Positions 1-10,523 are shown, numbered from the stretch's first letter. The stretch: 64,000 nucleotides of DNA from an uncultured cyanobacterium (GCA_963793425.1 CAWCAG010000005.1:2048001-2112000); one strand, 5' to 3'. Made by a program: numbers and translations. The notes: generated by a model from the sequence alone, not told the origin.

Positions 1-93
1 TTAAAATGTTTTGAAAACGTCTTTAAGTACAAGACTTACATTTAAACATTTTGTGAGATGATGCCAATGAATTGATTGATATGGGAGTTAAAT

Positions 94-874
94 ATGTCTA
101 AAACAGTTTTAATCACTGGCGCATCTAGCGGCATTGGTTACGAACTTAGTCACTTATTTGCTAAAGATAGTTATGATTTGGTTTTAGTAGCGAGAAGTGA
201 AAATAAGCTGCAAGATTTAGCAGCAAAATTGCAAAATAAATTTGATATTAAAGTTGAAGTAGTTGTTCAAGATTTAGCTATTAATTCTGCCCCAACAAAC
301 ATTTTTTCAGAACTACAAGAAAAAAATATTACTATTGATATCTTGGTTAATAATGCTGGTTTTGCCACCTATGGATTATTCTTACGAAACTAACTTGCAA
401 ACAGAATTAGATATGATGCAACTTAACATGGTTGCTTTAACTCATTTAACTAAGTTATTTTTGCCTGGTATGGTGCAACGCAGACAAGGAAAAATCCTTA
501 ACATTGCTTCTACTGCTGCTTTTCAACCTGGTCCTTTAATGGCAGTTTATTATGCAACAAAAGCTTATGTTTTATCATTTTCTGAGGCGATCGCTAATGA
601 ATTAATTGGTACAGGGGTAACGGTTACAGTCCTTTGTCCGGGGCCAACAAAATCAGGTTTTCAAGCTAGGGCTGATGTGGAAAAATCGAAATTATTTAGG
701 GGTTCAAATATGATGGATACCCAAACTGTAGCTGAGATTGGTTATGCTGGTTTAATGAATAGAAAAACCATCATTGTTACTGGTTTTCAGAATAAGTTTA
801 TCGCCGCATTTATTAAGTTTTTGCCTAGAAAATTAGTCACAAAAATAGTCTGCAATGTCCAGAAAGAAGTTTGA
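94..874 (+). CDS. Short-chain dehydrogenase/reductase (SDR), split by one frameshift near 381-386
   Basis: TGASSGIG and NNAG motifs lie in ORF 76..393; the catalytic YYATK lies in ORF 335..874. The halves join with a single indel (error or pseudogene). Confidence 0.85.
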
Positions 875-981
875 TTATAGCAATAAAAAGCTAACTGCTA
901 AAGGGATTTGAGAAATTGCGATCGCACTTGTAACAAAATTGAGCATTATACTAAAAGCTTAAACTAGTTGGAGTGCGTTGC

Positions 982-2583
982 ATGAGTTTAGAGGCTACAG
1001 TTGCCGAGGCTAGCATTGAACAAAGCCTAGAACAGTTCTTAATTGTTTTATCCTTATCCTTAAGCGTAGCCACAGTATCCCGTATCTTTAGTTGGTTTCG
1101 CAAAATTCCCTATACCTTACTTTTGGTAATTGTAGGATTAGCCCTGGCTTTTATTGATGTTCGTCTGGTTAATCTCTCTCCGGAACTAATTTTAGAAATA
1201 TTTCTGCCTCCCTTACTTTTTGAAGCAGCTTGGAACATTCGTTGGCGAGAGTTACGAGAGAATCTGTTTCCGGTGACTCTATTTGCCACCATGGGAGTTT
1301 TGATTTCGGTATTGGGGGTTGCTTTTGCTTTAAGCTATTTTACAGACCTTTCTTTAACCACTTCCCTGTTAGTTGGGGCAAGTTTATCAGCAACAGATCC
1401 GGTTTCTGTGGTGGCTTTATTTCGGGAATTGGGGGCAGGTAAGCGGTTAACCATTTTAATGGAAGGGGAAAGTTTATTTAATGATGGGGTGGCGGTTGTT
1501 GCCTTTTTGCTATTGGTAGGCATCCCCTTGGGAACTCAACAATTTTCCCTTGCCAACACGATAACTAGCTTCTTTACCTTTGTTGGCATTGGTATTGGCA
1601 TTGGTTGTTTAGTTGGTTTTGGCATCTCCTACCTAACTCAACGCTTTGATTTGCCTTTAGTAGAACAATCTTTAACCCTGGTTTCTGCCTATGGAACTTA
1701 TTTAATCGCAGAAAAGTTAGGGGGTTCTGGTGTAATTGGTGTGGTAACTGTAGGATTGATTTTGGGTAACTTCGGTTCCCGCATCGGTATGAATCCTCGT
1801 ACTCGCCTCTTGGTTTCTGAGTTTTGGGACTTCCTCGCTTTCTTTGTCAACTCCATCGTCTTTCTCCTCATCGGCGATCAAATCAACTTTTCTAGCTTGG
1901 GTAGCAACATTGATTTAATTTTGGTGGCGATCGCAGCAGTATTAGTAACCAGGGGGATAACTATTTTCGGCTTAGGAGGTTTAACTAATTGGTTAGCTAA
2001 AACCGAAATTGGTTTAAGAGAACAAACTGTGCTTTGGTGGGGCGGTTTGAGGGGTTCTGTTTCTATTGCCTTGGCTTTAAGTGTACCAGTGGTTTTATCT
2101 GGTAGGCAAGAGATTATTGATACAGTTTTTGGGGTTGTTTTGTTCACCCTTTTAGTGCAAGGTTTAACCACTCAATTCTTCTTAGAAAAATTAGATTTAA
2201 TTGGTGATCAACCTTTGCGTCAACAATATTCTGAAGCGATCGCCCGTCGAGTTGCCCTTAACCGAGTTTTAGACTATTTAGCTAAGGTTAAATTAACTCC
2301 AGAAATTGACCCAGAATTCTATCGTTATCAACAAGGATTAGTGAAAGGACAATTAACAAGTGTAGAAGAAGAAATTGAAAAACTGCAAAATCTTCACCCC
2401 CAGTTAAGGCAGTTAAATATGGAACAGTTGCGAGAAAAGCTTTTAGATATTGAAGCTGATACTTATGCCGAGTTTATTCGGGCTGGCAAATTGAATACAA
2501 ATCTTTCTCCTTTGTTACAAGGAATTCTTGCTGATTCATTGGAGGAAGAGATGATTGAAAATAGGAATTTTGCTAACGGCTAA
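982..2583 (+). CDS. Na+/H+ antiporter, CPA1 (NhaP-type)
   Basis: Polytopic membrane protein with LPPLLFEA, ATDPVSV, EGESLFNDG and GGLRG motifs. Confidence 0.93.
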   Translation: MSLEATVAEASIEQSLEQFLIVLSLSLSVATVSRIFSWFRKIPYTLLLVIVGLALAFIDVRLVNLSPELILEIFLPPLLFEAAWNIRWRELRENLFPVTLFATMGVLISVLGVAFALSYFTDLSLTTSLLVGASLSATDPVSVVALFRELGAGKRLTILMEGESLFNDGVAVVAFLLLVGIPLGTQQFSLANTITSFFTFVGIGIGIGCLVGFGISYLTQRFDLPLVEQSLTLVSAYGTYLIAEKLGGSGVIGVVTVGLILGNFGSRIGMNPRTRLLVSEFWDFLAFFVNSIVFLLIGDQINFSSLGSNIDLILVAIAAVLVTRGITIFGLGGLTNWLAKTEIGLREQTVLWWGGLRGSVSIALALSVPVVLSGRQEIIDTVFGVVLFTLLVQGLTTQFFLEKLDLIGDQPLRQQYSEAIARRVALNRVLDYLAKVKLTPEIDPEFYRYQQGLVKGQLTSVEEEIEKLQNLHPQLRQLNMEQLREKLLDIEADTYAEFIRAGKLNTNLSPLLQGILADSLEEEMIENRNFANG

Positions 2584-2596
2584 TGGCTAGTTGCTA

Positions 2597-2658
2597 GTAG
2601 GGTGGGCAAAACATTGCAGATAAATTTAATCAATAAATCTATTCTCTTTTTGCCCACC
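2597..2658 (+). repeat. GTAG-type REP-like palindromic element
   Basis: GTAGGGTGGGCAAAA...TTTTGCCCACC; an inverted partner lies at 3871-3927. Confidence 0.7.
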
Positions 2659-2669
2659 ATGATTTTAGA

Positions 2670-3272
2670 TTGTCAGGGCGGGTTTACAGCAATTCTCAAG
2701 CTGCTGAGATACATACAGACTTTAAATTAATCAGCGATATTTATAAAGCTTTTGACCCTTTTAAAACTCTCCAACCGGGAGTTCCTGCTTATGTAGATTG
2801 TGGGGCAGTGCGAGGAGATAGTAATATTCAACAAGATTTGGGTAAAAAGATCATACGAGCCGATAATCCTACTTGTCAACTTTATGCTGGTCATCGTGGG
2901 GTTGGCAAGTAAACGGAATTAGCTCGTTTAAAGAAGTATTTAAACGAAAATAATTGTTTTGTGGTTGATTTTAGTGCAGATGAAGAAGATATAGACTCAG
3001 AAGATGCACAATATACAGATATTTTGTTGGCTTGCACTAGACATTTATTAAAAGATATTAAAAATAGTAATGCTGAACCCATTTTAGATTGGTTAAAAAG
3101 TCGCCGGGGAGAGTTGGAAGATTTAGCTTTAACTACGGTGAAATTTGATGGTTTGAGTGTTGAATCTGCGATCACAATTTTTGGTAAAATAACTGCTAAC
3201 CTCAGAGCAGTACCGACAGAAAGGGCGAAAATTCGTGAGTTGGTTAATCCTCATACGACGACAGAGAAATAG
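2670..3272 (+). pseudogene. Decayed cyanobacterial P-loop ATP-binding protein
   Basis: YVDCGAVRG...GHRGVGK*TEL: a TAA interrupts Walker A at 2910-2912, the frame continues (DILLA motif), then truncates. Confidence 0.8.
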
Positions 3273-3325
3273 CAGAATCTCATCATGACTTATTAGACTT
3301 ACAAACCTTAAGCAAAGAATTACCA

Positions 3326-3721
3326 TTGAGCCACGATGAGCAAGCCACATTAGCTTATAAGCAATTTCTTGTTGGAATGAAATGTGAGCAATACGAAACA
3401 GCGATTTCCTCTATAAATTCCTGGTTAGCAGCTAACCCAGATGATAGTTTCGCTTGGCATGGGAAAGGTAATGCTTTATTCAATTTAGGGAGATTAGAAG
3501 ATGCAGTAGCTTCCTACGACAAGGCAATTTCTATCAAACCTGATTATCATGCAGCCTTAAATAACCGTGGTGTTGTTTTAGAGGATTTGGGGAGAATAGA
3601 AGCAGCAATAGCTTCCTACGACAAAGCAATTGCCATTAAACCTGATTATCATGCAGCCTTAAATAACCGTCGTATCGCCTTAGACAAATTAAAACAGCAA
3701 AAGCGGAATATTGAACATTGA
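3326..3721 (+). CDS. Short TPR protein, probably the remnant of a longer TPR gene
   Basis: About 3 TPR units (ASYDKAI.IKPDYH.A..NRG); weak TTG start. Confidence 0.6.
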   Translation: MSHDEQATLAYKQFLVGMKCEQYETAISSINSWLAANPDDSFAWHGKGNALFNLGRLEDAVASYDKAISIKPDYHAALNNRGVVLEDLGRIEAAIASYDKAIAIKPDYHAALNNRRIALDKLKQQKRNIEH

Positions 3722-3738
3722 ACATTAAACATTAAACA

Positions 3739-3774
3739 TTGTTCGGCTTTGCCCTTGTCGTAGACATCATTGAT
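3739..3774 (+). repeat. ~33-bp small dispersed repeat (copy 1), after a (TTRAACA)n heptamer run
   Basis: TGTTCGGCTTTGCCCTTGTCGTAGACATCATTGAT matches copies at 37505, 43225, 52191, 56020 and 57325. Confidence 0.8.
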
Positions 3775-3870
3775 ATTGCTTCTCACCAAATTTGGGGGAA
3801 GCTTTTCATAATCGCGATCGCTGTCTTTTTATCTTAATTCAACCCCGCATTTCAAGAATTAATCAATTCT

Positions 3871-3927
3871 GGTGGGCAAAAACAAATGAATTTTTGAAGC
3901 TAATTTAACTCACTTTGCCCACCCTAC
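3871..3927 (-). repeat. GTAG-type REP-like palindromic element (inverted copy)
   Basis: GGTGGGCAAAAA...TTTGCCCACCCTAC. Confidence 0.7.
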
Positions 3928-4062
3928 CTAACATTGAACTTAATTATGCTCTACCACCAGATTGATTTCCGACGATAAAGCAACCCAAAATTAGCCAGCC
4001 AAACATAACCAACCAAGAGCGAAGCGGTTACGAAGGGTTGTAGGGAAACAGTTGTTTCCCTG

Positions 4063-4140
4063 CTGGGGGGTTTGGGGGGTCAATCCCCCAATAAAACTAA
4101 CTCTACCCACAGATTAATTAAAACAAGGATTAACCAGAAA
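4063..4140 (+). repeat. ~78-bp dispersed G-rich repeat, copy A
   Basis: CTGGGGGGTTTGGGGGG..CCAATAAAACTAA..CTACCCACAGATTAA.TAAAA.AAGGATT; a close copy lies at 14549-14627. Confidence 0.8.
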
Positions 4141-4151
4141 TAATTAAAACT

Positions 4152-5327
4152 CTACTGATCATTGTTAACTGACAACAATTGCTCTAACTCCCCAGGCTCC
4201 TTGGCATCTTCTTCCTTTTGTGCTTCAATAGCTGGTAAACTTATCGCCGGAATCAACCCCTTTTCAATAGCATCTTTAGCCGCAGAAACTGTATCGGGAA
4301 CCAGAATTAACTCACTACCCAAAGAACTTACTTCTGTTGCTAACTTATTAATAGCTTCCTGACGACTAGCAGAAGTAGTCACATCGCGAATATAAATTGC
4401 TAAAATGCGTCCCGGATAATCTTTTACCACTTGAGTATAAATTTCTGGATCTTTCTGCCCACTATCACCAATCAAAATAAAAGATAAATCAGTATATAAT
4501 TCCAGAATTGGTTTAATCTTACTCAATTTATGACTTTCATGACCATCAGCAAAAGGATCTTCCTGAGAAAGTCCGTAATCTCTTAAAAGCAAAGGGCCGA
4601 TAGGAATCTCGTTTAACTCGATAAATTCTTGCAACAAATCAAAGAAATTCCAAGGACTACTAGAAACATAGAAAATAGGATTATTACTTTCTCCTTTCGC
4701 CCCCTTTTGTAAAGCCTGATAAAAACTAGCAACTCCTAAAAAAGGTAAGCGAGTTCGGGCATTATCAAGAAAAACCAAACGAGCCATTTGTAACCAATCA
4801 AAAGCGTGAGTTTGTAAGATGGTATCGTCAATGTCGCTAATAATGCCAAAATCAGCTTTTTCGGGAGGAATTAATACTTTGGCTACGGCAGTTACATCAG
4901 ACTGCTTTTTACTTTTTGGTTCTACTAATTCTAAATTAACTTCCTGCCAATAAGCCTCTTTTGCTAAAGGTTGCTTAAGGGGCAATTCCACCAAAAAATA
5001 ACCTTCTTCATCGGCCACTACTTCAGTTTCTTGCTCATTAAAAACAACTCTTACCTTCGCACCAGGAACTTCATCACTTTCTAAACGTTTATACATATTC
5101 AGCAAATTGTGCCAAGTTGTATCGCGATCGCTCGCTTTCGTAATGCCTTCATCTTCTAAAACTCGACCCCTAAATCGCAACAAATTTTTCGTCCCATAAC
5201 CCAAATAGGGCAAAACTTGCAGAGGATCATTAATTCCTAAACGCTTTTTTAAACGAAAACTCAACTTATCAAAATGTTGTTCCACATCATGAGCAGTATG
5301 TGCGATCGCCTGCTGCCAATCCACCAT
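4152..5327 (-). CDS. App1-family phosphatidate phosphatase (DUF2183)
   Basis: ISDIDDT, YVSSSPWN and LIGDSGQKDPEIY motifs. Confidence 0.88.
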   Translation of the reverse strand: MVDWQQAIAHTAHDVEQHFDKLSFRLKKRLGINDPLQVLPYLGYGTKNLLRFRGRVLEDEGITKASDRDTTWHNLLNMYKRLESDEVPGAKVRVVFNEQETEVVADEEGYFLVELPLKQPLAKEAYWQEVNLELVEPKSKKQSDVTAVAKVLIPPEKADFGIISDIDDTILQTHAFDWLQMARLVFLDNARTRLPFLGVASFYQALQKGAKGESNNPIFYVSSSPWNFFDLLQEFIELNEIPIGPLLLRDYGLSQEDPFADGHESHKLSKIKPILELYTDLSFILIGDSGQKDPEIYTQVVKDYPGRILAIYIRDVTTSASRQEAINKLATEVSSLGSELILVPDTVSAAKDAIEKGLIPAISLPAIEAQKEEDAKEPGELEQLLSVNNDQ

Positions 5328-5375
5328 ATCATTTATCATTTATCATTTATCATTTAACATTCAACATTTATCATA
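5327..5375. repeat. Heptamer tandem repeat (ATCATTT)n, STRR-like
   Basis: Tandem copies immediately upstream of the App1 start codon. Confidence 0.75.
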
Positions 5376-5420
5376 TCTTTGTTATCAATCACAAATACCG
5401 ATTGCTCAACTTATTACTTA

Positions 5421-6941
5421 TTACTTCTTCCTCAATCTCCTCGAAGCCGGAGGGCGAATTGCCAAAGGTTTTAGGCAGGCGGAAATTAATACTAAAACAG
5501 GAATAATTTCTAATCTTCCCATCCACATAAACATAATTAGAGCCAACTTACCAGGCCATTGTAAAGCGGGGCTAGTAATACCAGTAGATAAACCAACGCT
5601 TCCTAGGGCTGATGTAACTTCAAAAATGACATCAATTAAAGTGTGTGCCGGCAAAGCAAGTTGTAACAAGACAAAGGTGCCCATAATCACCATTCCTAAC
5701 CACAATAAAGCCAAAGCGGCTGCTCCTTCCACCTGGCGGCTTGCTTCTGCTTCTGTCAAAACTTCCCCATCCAACTTAAAACGCATCATTTGGTGAGGCT
5801 TGATTCTTAAGCGTTGGAAGCGCCACAACACCGCTTTATAAAGCACTACAGCCCGTTGCAGCTTTAATCCTCCCACAGTTGAACCAGCAGTCCCCCCAAT
5901 GAACATAGCCATAGTTAATAGCAACTTGGCACTATCACTCCAGCCCTTAATATCCGTACTACCAAAACCGCAAGTTCCCAAAGCTGAAGCCCACTGAAAG
6001 ATGGTATCTCGCCACAACCAGCTATTATCTAAAGAATAGTTCGCCAGCAAAAGCAACAGAGTACCTAAAAATAGTAAAATAACCAAAGCTCGATGTTGGC
6101 TATTTTTCCATAAAGCTTTTATACGTCCGTAGCGCAAGACTTTGTAGTGTATAGCAAAGCTTACTGCCCCCAAAATCATAATCGGAATAGCTGCAATCTG
6201 CACAGTAGGACTAAAAGAGCCAAGGCTTTTGTCTTGAGTACTAAAACCTCCCGTAGAGATACCTGTCATGCCGTGGTTAAGAGCATCCCACCAGCCCATT
6301 CCTGCCACCCGCAAAAGCATGATGCTGGCGATGGTATAAAGAAGATAAATCCACCAGATTTTACGTACCGTTGCCCTCACTGTCAAACCAATAGTTTTAG
6401 AACGTCCTTCGGCACTGTAGAGTTGATAAGGATCAGTACTGGGTTCAAGGACAGAAATTACTAACACGATTACCCCAACCCCTCCTACCCATTGCATCAA
6501 AGAACGCCACCATTGTAAACAATGAGGCAATTCACTAGCCTGAACAGCCATAGTCAAACCCGCACTGGTAAACCCGGAAAAAGCCTCAAAGACGGCATTC
6601 CAAGGCTTCTGAAAGAATAAAACTGTTGCCCCCGTATCCGCAGAAGCAGCTAGTTTAGTAGCAATCATCAAAAAAGGAATAGCTGCAAACAAAGGTATAA
6701 TCAGCCAACCCAAAGCTGCGATCGCCATAGCATGACGCATCTTTAATGATTTAGGCTGTTTGCACTGCTGATAAAAGACTTGCCCCGTCACAAAAGTAGC
6801 TATTGCCGTAACTACAAAAGGACGCACTGCATACACTTCTCCCCAAGCTAAAGATACTAGCACCGATATGAGAGCCATAGCTCCTGGAATATGTAGCAGC
6901 AAACCAAGATCGCGGAAAATTGTTTTTACATAAGGGTTCAT
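5421..6941 (-). CDS. trkH: Trk-type K+ uptake membrane subunit
   Basis: FEAFSGFT, STGGFS, GSTVGGLK, SALGSVGLS and MWMGRLEI pore motifs. Confidence 0.9.
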   Translation of the reverse strand: MNPYVKTIFRDLGLLLHIPGAMALISVLVSLAWGEVYAVRPFVVTAIATFVTGQVFYQQCKQPKSLKMRHAMAIAALGWLIIPLFAAIPFLMIATKLAASADTGATVLFFQKPWNAVFEAFSGFTSAGLTMAVQASELPHCLQWWRSLMQWVGGVGVIVLVISVLEPSTDPYQLYSAEGRSKTIGLTVRATVRKIWWIYLLYTIASIMLLRVAGMGWWDALNHGMTGISTGGFSTQDKSLGSFSPTVQIAAIPIMILGAVSFAIHYKVLRYGRIKALWKNSQHRALVILLFLGTLLLLLANYSLDNSWLWRDTIFQWASALGTCGFGSTDIKGWSDSAKLLLTMAMFIGGTAGSTVGGLKLQRAVVLYKAVLWRFQRLRIKPHQMMRFKLDGEVLTEAEASRQVEGAAALALLWLGMVIMGTFVLLQLALPAHTLIDVIFEVTSALGSVGLSTGITSPALQWPGKLALIMFMWMGRLEIIPVLVLISACLKPLAIRPPASRRLRKK

Positions 6942-6999
6942 GGTGAAAGTATCCCATTTCTATTGAGGTTGGTGTCGTTTTTCATCGGGATACTGCTAT

Positions 7000-7416
7000 T
7001 TATTGCTTTTCTTCAGACTTCTCTACGAAGCTGAATAATTGCTTAGCAATAAGTTTTTCTGGATCTATTAATACTTGAAAACCTAATTTTTCAAACATAT
7101 CTTTGTGTTCGTAATTGCTCAACATAGTAATCAGATGCTTGATACCTTTTTCTTTGCCCAAAGTCATCGCCATTAAATTAGCGGCATCATCTCCTGTTGT
7201 GGCAAATAAAACATCTGCTTTTTTTCCTCCAGCTTCATCAAGAATTCTACCCTTAGCAATATTTGCTTGAAAGACTTCCACCTCGTCGTATTCTTTCAAC
7301 ATTGCCCTAGCCTGTTCTTCATCTTCTTCTATAACTGCTACGCCATGACCATCTTCAATCGCTAAGGATACCAAGGAACGGGCAACTAACCCTCCACCTA
7401 CGACAATTACATACAT
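7000..7416 (-). CDS. trkA: TrkA-N (RCK) NAD-binding K+ transport regulatory subunit
   Basis: VVGGGLVA Rossmann motif and TGDDAANL; lies upstream of trkH. Confidence 0.8.
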   Translation of the reverse strand: MYVIVVGGGLVARSLVSLAIEDGHGVAVIEEDEEQARAMLKEYDEVEVFQANIAKGRILDEAGGKKADVLFATTGDDAANLMAMTLGKEKGIKHLITMLSNYEHKDMFEKLGFQVLIDPEKLIAKQLFSFVEKSEEKQ

Positions 7417-7647
7417 AGTTAATAGTAAATCCGCTTCTTATTATAAGGGATAGTACATCTAAGCTTTTGATTAGCCAATTACCTGGAGATTGACCTTTAC
7501 TTACTTTAGTTGAGCTTAACTACCCACAAAGTCCTATTCCTCTCTATCCTAGGGTCAATGACAAAGTATTGGTTGTTATCACTTTCGCCAGATGGTTGTC
7601 TTTACTGCTTTTGAGAAGCTAAGAAATGCAGGTATTAAGGAAAATAA

Positions 7648-9207
7648 ATGAGTAGCATTAGCGCTGTTGTCGCCCAGGTTAGTGATTTGCAAGAAGGAGA
7701 AATGCAGGAAGTTTCTGTGGAGAAAACTAAGGTGCTTCTGGCGAGAGTAGAAGGGAAATTTTTTGCGACTGGGGCTAATTGCACTCATTATGGAGCCAAA
7801 CTAATCAATGGAGTCCTTAAGGGCGATCGCCTGGTTTGTCCTTGGCATAATGCTTGTTTTGGGGTTAAAAGTGGAGAAATGCTTGAACCCCCTGGTTTAG
7901 ATGATTTGCCTGCTTATAAGGTAGAAATTAAAGGAGATGATGTTGTCGTTACTGTTCCGGAAAATGCCCCTCAGCAATGCGTCCCGGAAATGGCAAGTTA
8001 TGATGCCGATGCAGATAGTAGAGTGTTTATTATTTTAGGGGCAGGGGTGGCAGGAATCAATGCTGCTGAGACTTTGCGTAAAGCTGGTTTCCTAGGCAAA
8101 GTGGTCATGCTCACCGCCGAGGATGAGTTACCCTATGATCGTACCATGTTGAGTAAGAAATACTTACAAGAAAAAAGCGACGATAATTCCTTACCCTTGC
8201 GATCACAGCAATTTTATCAAGAGCATGATATCGAAGTACTTACCAATCATCGTGTTAAGGAGGTTGATGCGACCCAAAAACAAATTACCTTCTCTGATAA
8301 CTCCACCATGAATTACGATGCCTTACTCCTCGCTACAGGATGCAAAGCGAGAAAACTTGATATTCCTGGCTTTGATTTAGCCAATGTCTTTACTCTACAC
8401 AACCATGAAGATGCCCAACAAATTGTTGCTGCGGCTAAAAAAGCATCTCAAGCAGTTGTTATTGGGTCTAGTTTTATTGGTATGGAAGTGGCGGCGAGTT
8501 TAAGGAAACAAGACCTTGCTGTTACTGTAATCTCCCCTGATGCAGTACCCTTTGCCTCTATTCTGGGTGAAGAAATTGGGCAGATATTCCGCCAAGTCCA
8601 TGAAAAAAATGGTGTTGTTTTCCACAAGGAAACCAAAGCTACCAAGTTTGTGGGCAACAGCAAAGTTGAGGAAGTAATTCTTAAAGACAGCACTTCCTTA
8701 CCAGCAGATTTAGTAGTAGTTGGGGTAGGAGTCGAACCTGCCACCAGTTACTTAAAAGGAGTGGAACTCAACGAAAAAGATCATAGCATTCCCACCAACG
8801 AATACCTCCAGGTAAAAGAAGGTTTATATGCTGCCGGAGATATCGCCCGCTTCCCCTACTGGCAAACCGAAAAACCCACTCGCATCGAACATTGGCGTTT
8901 AGCAGCACAACATGGCCGCATCGCTGCCTACAATATGGCCGGAAAAGAAGTTAAATTTAAAGGAATTCCTTTCTTTTGGACAGGACAGTATAATTTAAAA
9001 CTCCGCTATGCTGGCCACGCCACTAGTTGGGACGAAGTTATCATTGAGGGTAATCTTGAAGAGCAAGAATTTATTGCCTACTATATTAAAGATCAGCAAG
9101 TTTTAGCAGTGGCAGGATGCAACCAAGATCAAGAAATAGCTGCCATAACTGAATTAATGCGCCAGAAAACATTGAATAAAGAAGATTTGGCATTAGAAAA
9201 AGTATGA
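7648..9207 (+). CDS. Rieske 2Fe-2S plus FAD/NAD(P)H oxidoreductase (AIF/ferredoxin-reductase-like)
   Basis: CTHYG...CPWH Rieske ligands; GAGVAG, GSSFIG, AAGD and PFFW motifs. Confidence 0.9.
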   Translation: MSSISAVVAQVSDLQEGEMQEVSVEKTKVLLARVEGKFFATGANCTHYGAKLINGVLKGDRLVCPWHNACFGVKSGEMLEPPGLDDLPAYKVEIKGDDVVVTVPENAPQQCVPEMASYDADADSRVFIILGAGVAGINAAETLRKAGFLGKVVMLTAEDELPYDRTMLSKKYLQEKSDDNSLPLRSQQFYQEHDIEVLTNHRVKEVDATQKQITFSDNSTMNYDALLLATGCKARKLDIPGFDLANVFTLHNHEDAQQIVAAAKKASQAVVIGSSFIGMEVAASLRKQDLAVTVISPDAVPFASILGEEIGQIFRQVHEKNGVVFHKETKATKFVGNSKVEEVILKDSTSLPADLVVVGVGVEPATSYLKGVELNEKDHSIPTNEYLQVKEGLYAAGDIARFPYWQTEKPTRIEHWRLAAQHGRIAAYNMAGKEVKFKGIPFFWTGQYNLKLRYAGHATSWDEVIIEGNLEEQEFIAYYIKDQQVLAVAGCNQDQEIAAITELMRQKTLNKEDLALEKV

Positions 9208-9275
9208 TCGTAAAATCTAGAAACAAAGCTCCCTGATTCCCAACCTTACTAGCAACCCATGCAGGATTTAGTCTC

Positions 9276-10349
9276 ATGAATGATGAATCTCGTTCGCCTC
9301 TTACTGATGCTATAGAAACCGCCACTGAAGTTGGTGAAATTGTTGGTAGCATTGCTTTTAAAACTGGCCAAGCAGCAATAGAGCTTGCTTCTGAATTAGG
9401 AGAAACAGCTACCGCTGGGGCCCAAGGAATTCTGGAGCAAGCGACTCAAAGTACAGGAGAAACTCTGGCTGGAATCGCAGAAAATCCTGTCATCAAGTTT
9501 ATCAATGGAAAATTTGGTAATAGTTGGTTAAAAAGTTTGTTGGGCAAAGTTGATACCCAAAAAGCTTTAGAAAGAGTCAAAGCCTTACAGCAAGAATATC
9601 CTAACGCCACCCCCAAGCAAATTGCTCACCGTCTCATGGTGCAGAAAGCGATTCGCGGTGCTGGCATTGGGGTGGCGACTAACTTTATTCCTCCTTTAGC
9701 TGCGGCCCTGTTTGCTTTGGACTTGGCTGCCACTGCCCAACTGCAAGCAGAATTAATTTATGAAATTGCGGCTGTTTATGACTTAGATTTGGAGGATCCT
9801 AGCCGTCGAGGAGAAGTTTTAGCTATTTTTGGCCTCGCTTTAGGGGGTTCTGGCTTCGTGAAAACAGGCTTAAGCTTTGCCGAAGTAATACCAGGGGCAG
9901 GATTAGTGATCGGCGCTTCTACTAATGCGGTGATGTTATACGGTTTAGGACAAGCTGCTTATCGCTATTACGAAGCAAAACAAGACCCCACGACAGCACC
10001 AGCTACTGTGGAAGCGATTCAGCAGGAAAGTGAAGCTTATTTCCAAACCGCAATAGAGCAACAAGAAATCATGGATCGCATCTTGGTTCATATGCTTTTG
10101 GCTAGTTATCCTGATAAATCTTGGTCAGATATTGTCCCAGAATTGCAAAAGGCTAACTTACCGCCTAAATCTGTAGAAGCTATGGCCAATCATATCAAAA
10201 AGCCTCAACCTTTAGAAAAATTATTAAGGCAACTCTCCCCAGATTTAGTCCCACCATTATTAGCAAGATGTCAGCAAATTGCTCTTTTAGATGGCCAAAT
10301 CACCCCAGCAGAAGAACAAGTTTTAGAAGCAATCAAAAAGACTAGCTGA
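9276..10349 (+). CDS. EcsC-like conserved protein
   Basis: Q..LIYEIAA.Y and Gly/Ala-rich hydrophobic segments typical of the family. Confidence 0.6.
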   Translation: MNDESRSPLTDAIETATEVGEIVGSIAFKTGQAAIELASELGETATAGAQGILEQATQSTGETLAGIAENPVIKFINGKFGNSWLKSLLGKVDTQKALERVKALQQEYPNATPKQIAHRLMVQKAIRGAGIGVATNFIPPLAAALFALDLAATAQLQAELIYEIAAVYDLDLEDPSRRGEVLAIFGLALGGSGFVKTGLSFAEVIPGAGLVIGASTNAVMLYGLGQAAYRYYEAKQDPTTAPATVEAIQQESEAYFQTAIEQQEIMDRILVHMLLASYPDKSWSDIVPELQKANLPPKSVEAMANHIKKPQPLEKLLRQLSPDLVPPLLARCQQIALLDGQITPAEEQVLEAIKKTS

Positions 10350-10372
10350 ATTTTCAAACAGCTAGTCTTTTT
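10335..10372. terminator. Bidirectional intrinsic terminator between convergent genes
   Basis: AAAAAGACTAGCTG-N10-CAGCTAGTCTTTTT, perfect 14-bp arms with A/T tails. Confidence 0.8.
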
Positions 10373-10403
10373 AATGAAATTCTAATTAGCAAAGGTATTG
10401 CTT

Positions 10404-10523
10404 CTACATAGAAGAGCCAACCCCAGCGTAAGCACCATAAAAGAAAATTCCGACAACAGTAATGACTCCCATTCCTGCTACAGTCGCGACGATCCAAAGG
10501 GGAATTTTAGTATCTCCAGACAT
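10404..10523 (-). CDS. psbJ: Photosystem II protein J
   Basis: Hand translation [39 protein letters not shown]; below the ORF-track cutoff. Confidence 0.96.
   Translation of the reverse strand: MSGDTKIPLWIVATVAGMGVITVVGIFFYGAYAGVGSSM

Noticed and set aside
1110..2171. Short alternative-frame and antisense ORFs inside the antiporter, and similar ones inside other long genes
   Set aside because: They are shadow ORFs fully overlapping well-supported genes.
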